Source: Candidatus Caldarchaeum subterraneum | GTDB lineage: Archaea > Thermoproteota > Nitrososphaeria_A > Caldarchaeales > Caldarchaeaceae | NCBI GenBank assembly: GCA_000270325.1 | Contig: BA000048.1 | Location: 895,471 to 927,470, forward strand | DNA length: 32,000 nucleotides | Direction: 5' to 3' | Shown: piece by piece, positions 1 through 7,714 of the stretch | How positions within the stretch are numbered: the stretch's first letter is position 1 | How the letters are laid out: the number at the start of each line of letters is the position of its first letter | Notes under the pieces: model-generated | Seen by the model: the letters and a program-made list of their open reading frames with translations, nothing else | What the model was told of the DNA's origin: nothing | Databases searched by the model: none | Program-made: the position numbers and the translations under genes

Positions 1-805
1 TCCCAAAGTAGGCCACCAAATCCAAATCCCTGTCGAGAAACACCCTTCTACTCGGTGACGTAACGTTGTCAGACCACCTTTCAAAGACAAGTCTAGTACC
101 ATTAGGTAGTACATGTATTGGGTCAACCGATACGTTATGCTTCGTACCCTGCAAGAACCTAAGGACTGTTCCTACATCTGCTCGATACTTTTCTCCATCA
201 ACATAAATGAAACCCATGGCGGGAACCGTTTTCAGAACCAGTTTATGAGAAAGCACAGCCGTCACCTTGACCACCCACTCGCCGCCTATACCAACCTTAT
301 CCACGTCAGTCCAGTTTCTTGGACCCTCGATCAAAAAGCTATGGTTACCTGTCCTAGGTGATGGATAATACGCCAAAGCAACCCCATCAGAACCGGTATA
401 GAGAAGCCCAACGTAGAAAGGGGACGTGTTTATTACCACGTTCTGGTCTGAAAAGTCTACAGTAACCCAGCCTATGTCATTCTTTTTAACCCAAAACTCT
501 TTACTGGCTATAGCGTTTCTACCTGAATCATATATGACCGCGCGCATTTTCGTATCAGAGGACGCGAAGACGGTGAGCAAGTAGAAAGATACGTTAAGAA
601 GCTTAACAGGCACATCTTGTACAGAAAACAGCGAGGCGAATCCCCTGCCTGCGACATCACCTCTGTAAAAAAGGAAGTGACTCGGCGTCGGGCCACCTCT
701 CTCCAACACTATTTCCGTCGAAGACGCGTGCTGAAAAACAAGCAAGATGACCAACACCTGGGTCAAAGCCATTGTTGTTAGCAAACATCTCTTTCCAGAC
801 AGCAT
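1..805 (-). CDS. Secreted or cell-surface protein, partial (3' end runs off the left edge)
   Basis: This ORF is absent from the ORF track because it has no stop in the window. I checked by hand that the reverse frame is open from ATG at 805-803 down to base 1 (about 268 codons). The N-terminus MLSGKRCLLTTMALTQVLVILLVFQHASS looks like a signal peptide or anchor. The visible C-terminal part (GTRLVFERWSDNVTSPSRRVFLDRDLDLVAYF) resembles the InlB B-repeat-like beta-domain pattern. Confidence 0.6.
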   Translation of the reverse strand, partial: MLSGKRCLLTTMALTQVLVILLVFQHASSTEIVLERGGPTPSHFLFYRGDVAGRGFASLFSVQDVPVKLLNVSFYLLTVFASSDTKMRAVIYDSGRNAIASKEFWVKKNDIGWVTVDFSDQNVVINTSPFYVGLLYTGSDGVALAYYPSPRTGNHSFLIEGPRNWTDVDKVGIGGEWVVKVTAVLSHKLVLKTVPAMGFIYVDGEKYRADVGTVLRFLQGTKHNVSVDPIHVLPNGTRLVFERWSDNVTSPSRRVFLDRDLDLVAYFG

Positions 806-949
806 GTTAAAAAAACAAACACCCAAAATATTTATACCTACAATCAACCATTTCGACTAATTTAAGACTGAACATGTTCCAGCAACATTCTTATAAAAGG
901 TCTTACTCCAAACGAGTCTCGTAACAACCTACAATTCCTTTACGCCAAG

Positions 950-1190
950 AGCATCTGGAGACTGTAGTAATAACCGATGGGTACAAGGCATATGATAGAC
1001 TGGCTTCTATGGGAATAGATCTCATTTAAGGCACTCGGAGAGATATGCTGAAGGAGTCGTCCACATCAACCACTGCGAGAACAGGCACTTCCCCCTCAGG
1101 CCCTTCTGAGTAAGCAACAGCTATCTCCAAGGACACCTAGCACTCCTAACTCATTTAATCAACATACCTACACGGTGGCTCAGTACACTA
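950..1190 (+). pseudogene. ISXO2/IS1595-like DDE transposase C-terminal remnant, broken by frameshifts and stops
   Basis: Three shifting + frames give ETVVITDGYKAYDRLASMG, then SHLRHSERYAEGVVHINHCENRHFPLRPF, then VSNSYLQGHLALLTHLIN. Together these match the conserved tail of this transposase family (TD..aY......H..vnHs..y..G.vHiN..En....RPf....G.s..yL). No intact ORF covers the region. Confidence 0.5.
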
Positions 1191-1364
1191 CCATCAATTA
1201 CAATACCGAGATGATCAAATGCAATTCTAACGTATAAAAGAAGCAAAGCACATACCAATAGAAACACAGAAACCGCATCAAAATTTCCAGGAATTAGGAC
1301 ACCCAGAGTCGAAAGAAACACGGGAATAAGCAGCGCACATAACAAATCCTTGATCGACACGGTT

Positions 1365-1497
1365 TCCGTGCATTGTTTATAAGTTTTTAGCCGGGAAGGT
1401 GGGTATAAACTTAAATAGAACCACTAAACATTTATTGCCTGAAAGGACGCGGCGATAAAATGCCGCGGAAATAGAAAAAAACAAGGAAAAACGCACA
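1365..1497 (+). promoter_or_regulatory. CRISPR leader with TATA-like boxes
   Basis: An AT-rich 130-nt tract lies immediately 5' of the first repeat. TATAAA at 1404-1409 and TTAAATA at 1411-1417 sit about 85-95 nt upstream of repeat 1. Orientation follows from the repeat's 3' ATTGAAAG handle. Confidence 0.55.
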
Positions 1498-2480
1498 CTG
1501 ATCCCGCGAGAGGGAATTGAAAGATCTGAATCCCATCCCACTATGATACACATTTGACTCTGCACCCTCTGATCCCGCGAGAGGGAATTGAAAGATGTTT
1601 AGCGGGTCTATTCCGTCGCCTGACACTGTATATCTCTGATCCCGCGAGAGGGAATTGAAAGGAGCTCGAGAAGAAACGCATAGCCGAGGAAATAGCCAGG
1701 CTCCTGATCCCGCGAGAGGGAATTGAAAGACTTCGGTATTGTAGTCACCAAGTCTCCAAAGAAGATTATCTGCTGATCCCGCGAGAGGGAATTGAAAGCT
1801 TGGGGGGTGGAAGACATGAGTTTCACAGGACTACGTCAACCTCTGATCCCGCGAGAGGGAATTGAAAGCTATGCTGGTGGAAAAACCTCCGAAAGCGCCC
1901 TAACAGCTGATCCCGCGAGAGGGAATTGAAAGACTCCGAGGATGTTGATGATTGGTGTCAGGACATCGAATATCACTGATCCCGCGAGAGGGAATTGAAA
2001 GCCATGGAAAAAAAGGAGGGGGAGTTTGTCGAATGTAGCAGGTTCTGATCCCGCGAGAGGGAATTGAAAGTAAGACATCAACGATAGGCATCAGGATTTC
2101 TACGACAGTCCTGATCCCGCGAGAGGGAATTGAAAGGCTGAAACTCGCTGACCATTTTCGTCACCCCTCCCGCCGGGAGGCTTCTGATCCCGCGAGAGGG
2201 AATTGAAAGTATAAAGTGAAGTTTGAGGGCATGTTTAGTAAGATAGTTTCTGATCCCGCGAGAGGGAATTGAAAGACATTAAGCAGACGGGAGAGGAGGA
2301 ACTCAAAGACCTCGTCCTGATCCCGCGAGAGGGAATTGAAAGCCGATAGCCAGCCGGAAACCTATGAACTCCTGTCTGAGACCCTGATCCCGCGAGAGGG
2401 AATTGAAAGTAAGGCATTTCTTTTTAAGCAATCCGAGGTTGTTGGCTTTTGCCACTGATCCCGCGAGAGGGAATTGAAAG
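1498..2480 (+). CRISPR. CRISPR array, 15 identical 26-nt repeats and 14 spacers
   Basis: The repeat CTGATCCCGCGAGAGGGAATTGAAAG starts at 1498, 1569, 1636, 1704, 1773, 1843, 1907, 1976, 2045, 2111, 2184, 2250, 2317, 2384 and 2455. Spacers are unique and 38-47 nt long. The repeat ends in ATTGAAAG, the 8-nt crRNA 5' tag of Cas6-processed archaeal type I/III repeats, so transcription runs left to right. Confidence 0.97.
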
Positions 2481-2591
2481 ACGCGACAATTGGAGTAATT
2501 AGGTGTATGCTTTACGATTGGCTAGAGGTTAGTTGGAACTTGTTCAGCAAAGCTTTATCTTTTCTCGGACGATTCCAGAAAATGTTAAGCC

Positions 2592-3341
2592 TTGTTAGCG
2601 GCTCTGGCATTGATAGGGACCAGCCCAGCAGTCGTGACGGAGTTCGTCGACTACATAGAGAAAAGGGAGAAGATCACGACCCTTAGGATCGTTGCGACAC
2701 GGGCTGATCAGGTTGTTAGCGGTGCGTTGCTTGCTGCAGAAGCGGTTAGATACAGGTATCCATGGATAAAAGCTTCTGTAGACACGCTTCCCCTAAGCGA
2801 CGTAACAAACGAGGATGAGAACTATGTATTCATGGAGGAGCTGGTGAATGTAATCAAGTCCATAAAATCCTCAGACGCGGAGAGGATCTATCTTTGCTTA
2901 GCTGGGGGGAGGAAAGAGATGGCTGTGGCCGCTGTTTTGGTGGCGCAGATCATGGGGCTCAACGCTGTTTACCACGTGTTGTCGCATAACATTAGGAAGG
3001 CCAACGTGGAGCTTGAGAGGATAAGGGATAAGATAAAAGAGCTGGCCTCCTCAAAAGACCCGGGAGAATACTACGCCAGAAACGCAGAGCTCTTCGAGAA
3101 AGTGATGTATCCTTCTCCAGATACATACAACGTGATAAAGATCCCAATACTGCCTTATCCTCGGGAAACATTGGATACGCTGAGGAACATTATGTCAAAC
3201 GAGGCCCCACAGGAGCGGGCGCTTAGCCGTGAATTGTTAGATAAACTAGTGGAAGCGGGAATTGTCACACGTTGCTGCGGCAAGATTCTGGTGACAGAGG
3301 AAGGGCTTAGGTTTTATCGACATGTGCTAGAGCATGTATAA
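2592..3341 (+). CDS. CARF-domain protein with C-terminal winged-helix (Crn1/Csx14-like; possible cyclic-oligoadenylate sensor, ring nuclease or regulator)
   Basis: The ORF has a TTG start. The N-terminal motif LIGTSPAVVTE and the later LAGGRKEMAVAAVL match the GTSP...GGRK.M signature of the Crn1/NE0113-type CARF Rossmann fold. The C-terminal LSRELLDKLVEAGIVTRCCGKILVTEEGLRFY looks like a wHTH. The gene starts 111 nt downstream of the array. Confidence 0.8.
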   Translation: MLAALALIGTSPAVVTEFVDYIEKREKITTLRIVATRADQVVSGALLAAEAVRYRYPWIKASVDTLPLSDVTNEDENYVFMEELVNVIKSIKSSDAERIYLCLAGGRKEMAVAAVLVAQIMGLNAVYHVLSHNIRKANVELERIRDKIKELASSKDPGEYYARNAELFEKVMYPSPDTYNVIKIPILPYPRETLDTLRNIMSNEAPQERALSRELLDKLVEAGIVTRCCGKILVTEEGLRFYRHVLEHV

Positions 3342-4267
3342 CCAAGAGTATTAACTGCCAGAATCTCTAAAACCTCTTAACCATTGCAACCGGGCTTGTC
3401 AGGTTCTAGCCACACTATTCACAGCAAACAGGCAACATTATACACCACGACTCCGCATACATGTTAACCACCGGCTGGAGACGCCGAGCAGCTTCCACCC
3501 ATTTCATTAAAGAACCTTCACGACAAAGAAATTGCCCTAAATTTTTGGAGAGGATTCAGCTTCTTGCCATTTTTGAGGAGCTTGCGGAGTGCTGGAGAAA
3601 ACTCAGGGGCTCACTGATTTCACTGTTATCCAAGAGGACTCGCCTCTTTTCATTATTACTGCTTTCGCGGTCAACGTCTGTATGCTGATTCAAGGTCTCC
3701 TCAAACTCGCTTTTGGAAGGCCTTCTACCCTTTTCCTCTCGGTTCTCTTATTGTCTTTGACAAATATTTTTTATCCATTGGGGTGGTTTCCACGTGTTGG
3801 GTGTCGCGGGGAGCTATCTTCTGCGGCGTCTCTCGCTGGAGCACGACGTCGTCGGCTTCGAGAACCAACGTAGGGAAAGCTTCAAATATAATCGGCGTAA
3901 AAAAGGGGGAAGCCATGAATACGGGAGACTCTACAACGATCACGGCCACGCTCATGGAGGTAGGTGATGGAGAACACGGGTTAGTCTCCGTTGATGAAGC
4001 AAGAAGATTAGGCTGTTAAAGACCATCCACAACCACGATCTTTCCCAAATGAGGCATCTCATCTCCGAAGTCTAAACAGTCCGGGGTTCAAGATATACCT
4101 CTAAACTCTCAACACCCCAAACCCCCTCTCCATACCTCTCCACCTATGGTCCCACAAACCTCAAACCAACCCCCATAATGGAGAGAAGCTACACAAAGCT
4201 CGCCGAAGCCGCAGCAATCCAACCCATGGGAGGAAAAATATTCGCGACACATATTCGATGAACTGTG

Positions 4268-6391
4268 TTAAGATATGTAGAATGGGTCTTTTCTCGGAGA
4301 CGTTGTGTAGCCGTTGGATGCGCCGTGCTTGTTTTTAACCTTTTGCAGCAGAGTTGAGACCGTTTTCACCGCGAAGACTGCTCCTTGCTCGGTTGGTTTA
4401 TAAGACCCCTCCTCTATGTTTAGAAGACCCCTTCTCACCAGCTCTCTGTAGATCGGCGCGTCCTGCGGCTTCATTGTCTTCTCGGTTATTTCATGGGCAA
4501 TAGTGTGCCGCAAATATCTTAGGGTCTGGAGGTTTTTGACCATGTCTCTTCCCACAATACCATAAAATGGGCCAAAGAAGGTTCCCCTAGCCGCTCCGTC
4601 AGGCGAAAACTCTATGCTAAGCTTCTCAACTATCTTATAACATAGGATAACCACTGTCTCTAAACAGGTTGCAGCCTCTCTCCTGCTTGTGGAGCTCTTC
4701 GCCTTTTCCAGCCACTCCTCAGCCTCTTTAAGAGATGAACTGGCTTCATCGAGCAGTGACACCTGTCTCCGCTGTGTCGCTTCTACTGAGCGTCTACCAT
4801 GCTCCAGCCTCTCCCTAGCCTCTTTAACCATTTCCTTCAACGCGTCAGCCAGCTTCTCCTCCTCGACCTTGGTAATGTTTTCGAAGCTGGATAAGAGCGC
4901 GTAAACAGCATAGCCTAGGAGGCTGCATAGCTCCATCTTGGAAAGATGCACGTGTGTCTGAGAAGCTGTCCTGTCCACCAGCTCCCATCTCTCTTCTGGA
5001 CGTGTCCCGTGCAGTGCGAGCGTCAAATAATCTAATGGATGTACATCGTAGCCATCCCCAGCCCTAGTGGCCCTCACACCGAGAGCGTTTAGAACCTGGT
5101 TGAAGACGCTTTCACCCTCGCTGGTCAACAGCTCCCTAACCCTGATAGTTTCTGCGGAGGCCCATATCCTCTGGAGGTCTCTTTCACCTATAATACTTAG
5201 AACAGTTCTCGCGGTATGGAAGCTTAGAAGCTCCGCCAACGGGTTCTCAAGCCTTGCGGAGACCACACGCTTTTCAATGGCTTCGCTTATTCTCTCTAAA
5301 GCCCTCTTCCTAACCTCATCCGGAAAGTTTGGGAAATCATGTACAGGTAACAAGGAAAACAGTTTTCTCGACTCGGGTAGGAATGGATACTTGGCAAGAG
5401 TAGTTAGATACACGGATCCCGCGGATCGTGGTAGACCGGCTACAGGATAAGGCCCTACACTGGGCTCCGGGCTTTTCGCCAAAGCCAGTATAATGACAAG
5501 AGTAGATACAGGCAGCATGGTGGCGTACAGCAGGCTTGTCCATGATGAGCCGGCTTGGAAAAAGTCAGACTCGAAAAACAGGTTGAGTAAGCCAAGGGGT
5601 ATGAGGACCTCCCTAAAGCCTGCAAATATGAGAAGAAGGCTTATCAAGAGACCCCATATGAAGCCATGCACCCTGCCCACGTCAGCGCCTTTCCTAACAG
5701 CCTCTATCCAGTAGCGGGGGCTGAAGCCAACTATAGCTGCTAACAGCAGAAGCAACATAACCTTGTCCTGCTGCGTCAGCGGTAGTTTAAGAAGCGTCGT
5801 CAAGTCACTTAAATAATCTAGAACAGTGTAGAGTATCACAAGCCCTATCGAGCGAGCCGGTGAAAATCCCAGCTTCAAGCCAGCCGCGACATGTCTCCTC
5901 CCAGCCAACCATCCAGCCAGCCACGGGATAAGATAGGATAGAAAAGCTAGGAAGAGATAGTTGAAAAACTCTGTCCTACCAGCCGGCCTCCAAACCGCCG
6001 CCGAGACATAACCTTCATCAAGCCCACAGCCATCCAATAAACCGCTCCACTCCGCTGGATTGATGTCACCATCCATTCGGGTCTCTATCGCTTCAGGACA
6101 CTTATCACTCGGCGCCGAACAACCACAGATAAGAGCTATAGCCCCACTTTCTAGGCTGCCGCCTCCCCCGAATACTCTAGACCATTCAATGTCGTCGAAT
6201 AGGTTTAACGACGTGGCCGGTTCCCGAGTATAGGGCTCTATAGAGGCAAAGACCATGAGACATATCCATAGACATGTCGCCACAGTAGCCGCTGTCCTCG
6301 AGTCATTCCTGTTGTCGTGCAGGAGGTCCATGTTCGATTTCGGCCCGTGGCTCCTCTTTACACAGCCATTTGCATCTATGTCACTATGCAT
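4268..6391 (-). CDS. Polytopic membrane protein fused to a PriL N-terminal-domain-like region and a HEPN-like C-terminal domain
   Basis: This is a 707-aa ORF. The N-terminal 330 aa hold about six hydrophobic helices and a Cys-rich loop. The middle region is colinear with the neighbouring PriL (LAKYPFLPES...ERISEAIEKRVVSARLENP...RWELVDRT...VHLSKMELC). The tail contains LRYLRHTIAHE, which fits the Rx4H motif. The start is uncertain: M1 is at 6391 and M21 at 6331. Confidence 0.75.
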   Translation of the reverse strand: MHSDIDANGCVKRSHGPKSNMDLLHDNRNDSRTAATVATCLWICLMVFASIEPYTREPATSLNLFDDIEWSRVFGGGGSLESGAIALICGCSAPSDKCPEAIETRMDGDINPAEWSGLLDGCGLDEGYVSAAVWRPAGRTEFFNYLFLAFLSYLIPWLAGWLAGRRHVAAGLKLGFSPARSIGLVILYTVLDYLSDLTTLLKLPLTQQDKVMLLLLLAAIVGFSPRYWIEAVRKGADVGRVHGFIWGLLISLLLIFAGFREVLIPLGLLNLFFESDFFQAGSSWTSLLYATMLPVSTLVIILALAKSPEPSVGPYPVAGLPRSAGSVYLTTLAKYPFLPESRKLFSLLPVHDFPNFPDEVRKRALERISEAIEKRVVSARLENPLAELLSFHTARTVLSIIGERDLQRIWASAETIRVRELLTSEGESVFNQVLNALGVRATRAGDGYDVHPLDYLTLALHGTRPEERWELVDRTASQTHVHLSKMELCSLLGYAVYALLSSFENITKVEEEKLADALKEMVKEARERLEHGRRSVEATQRRQVSLLDEASSSLKEAEEWLEKAKSSTSRREAATCLETVVILCYKIVEKLSIEFSPDGAARGTFFGPFYGIVGRDMVKNLQTLRYLRHTIAHEITEKTMKPQDAPIYRELVRRGLLNIEEGSYKPTEQGAVFAVKTVSTLLQKVKNKHGASNGYTTSPRKDPFYIS

Positions 6392-6845
6392 ATATATCCC
6401 CAGCCATGTTACAGGCTTCTCTCGACAAGCCGTATCAATCCGGAGACCTCGGCGGAAATAAACACTTTGTCGAACATGTTCTAAAACGAGTTAGGTAAAG
6501 CGAAAAACTTCTAAGATCCCTGCACAGACACAACCCACTATACACATCTTTTCAAACACATTGCAGAACATTTGTTTAGGTGGCTGAAGGGACTCTCTAT
6601 ACCTATGCAGCCAGAGTCTTAACATCGACGTTTAGGCTCAGCAGTCAATCATCTGCATGTACTATAAAAAATCAGAAAGACAGGCCTCGGGGCGAGAAAA
6701 TGGTCCGCGGATCCAATGTTGTCACCTAACCAGTTCCATGCCACAGGTGATTCCTGCTGTAAACACTTATGAACCTGCAGAAACTGTCTTAGAAGAGTAT
6801 GGCAAAACATCATCATGATGAAATCTAAGACGTAGTAGCTGTGGT

Positions 6846-6897
6846 AAAAAACTTGATGCCGACGGTCGAAGCCGTGTAGTCGCCGAGCCGTCTCGGC
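6846..6897 (-). terminator. Possible terminator of the 149-aa gene (hairpin plus T6 run)
   Basis: The hairpin GCCGAG-ccgt-CTCGGC at 6882-6897 abuts the stop codon. A run of six T on the minus strand (A6 on + at 6846-6851) lies about 46-51 nt downstream of the stop. Archaeal termination typically uses oligo-T tracts. Confidence 0.3.
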
Positions 6898-7346
6898 TAA
6901 CCCATGTTCGTCTTCTCTAGAGCATTTAGGAACGCCGAGGAATCGCCGCTCTTAAGCCGGAGCCTTCTCCTAGAGCCGTCAACCAGATCCAGCTGCAGCT
7001 CTGTTACCAGCTCATAGCTTAGAACAGACTGCCCAATTATGAGACCGGGCTCTAGATGCTCTGAGACGACGGTGACACTTTTTATCATGTTTCTGCCGAA
7101 TAGCTCCTTGCCAAGCGTTATCGAGCCGTCTGAATAGACTTTTACCGGCTTACGGCTCCAGCCATCTCGTATCCTGAAAAGCATGTAGAGCATCGCTGCG
7201 CCTATTGCTAGACCTGGTATAGATGAGGGGAGTGATACAAGCCCGAAAAAGAGGAAAAGTACTCCGAAAAAGCCGAGAAGCCATTCAATCACAAGCTGTG
7301 ACAGCGTCCTATAGCAACGCCCGGTGAAGAGCACGGTGGCGCTCAT
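6897..7346 (-). CDS. Small membrane protein (two N-terminal TM helices plus a soluble beta-rich domain)
   Basis: This is a 149-aa ORF. The hydrophobic segments are LVIEWLLGFFGVLFLFFGLV and IPGLAIGAAMLYMLF. A TATA-like box sits at the expected distance upstream. Confidence 0.6.
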   Translation of the reverse strand: MSATVLFTGRCYRTLSQLVIEWLLGFFGVLFLFFGLVSLPSSIPGLAIGAAMLYMLFRIRDGWSRKPVKVYSDGSITLGKELFGRNMIKSVTVVSEHLEPGLIIGQSVLSYELVTELQLDLVDGSRRRLRLKSGDSSAFLNALEKTNMG

Positions 7347-7371
7347 ACTGTTTTAAGGGGTTACAGGCTTT

Positions 7372-7379
7372 GATAATAA
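7372..7379 (-). promoter_or_regulatory. TATA-like box for the 149-aa gene
   Basis: TTATTATC on the minus strand lies 26-33 nt upstream of the ATG at 7346. This spacing is typical of leaderless archaeal transcripts. Confidence 0.4.
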
Positions 7380-7714
7380 GGAATTGTGAACTTGTTCCAG
7401 ATTTGTTGAAGAACCTTGAACATATTAGCTATCAATCGCCTCCCAAACCTAAGCAGTGTACATAGACAAAGGCTCCATGTGGACGCATCACTTGAAATTA
7501 ACAACAATACGGAAGATGATGCGAAAACAATCCAAAGCCCCGACCATTGAAGAAATAGGCAACGGCTTGCTGTGCTTTGATGATTCGGCCGGTTATCTTC
7601 TCTGGATGCTCTGATGTGGCTAGATAGCTGGCTAGAAGTCTTAGGTACTGTGCCGTGATAGAGGATGGCTTACAGGGCTTATATACATGAATAATGTCGC
7701 GTCAACGATCTCTT

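Noticed and set aside
1151-1360. A 69-aa hydrophobic ORF on the minus strand between the IS remnant and the CRISPR leader
   Set aside because: It overlaps the transposase remnant, has no promoter or motif support, and sits in degraded sequence. Evidence is insufficient to call a gene.
1820-1830. An 11-nt identity between spacer 5 (GTTTCACAGGA) and 14566-14576, raising possible self-targeting
   Set aside because: Several 11-mer matches between about 600 nt of spacers and a 32-kb window are expected by chance. The match does not extend.
1377-2417. Eight minus-strand ORFs of 60-72 aa across the CRISPR array (recurring peptides SIPSRGI, FQFPLAGS, FNSLSRDQ), plus the + ORF 2474-2686 that starts inside the last repeat
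   Set aside because: The recurring peptides are simply the 26-nt repeat translated in three frames. This is a CRISPR array, not coding sequence.
6472-6481. The palindrome GAACATGTTC upstream of the 707-aa gene, sharing the AACATGTT core with the 29.3-kb palindromes
   Set aside because: An 8-bp shared core is expected by chance about once in 32 kb, and the flanking arms differ (GAAC versus GTCAAC).
6817-6897. A possible C/D-box sRNA (ATGATGA at 6817, TGATGC at about 6853)
   Set aside because: No CTGA D or D' boxes sit at the required ~12-nt spacing, and there is no terminal stem.
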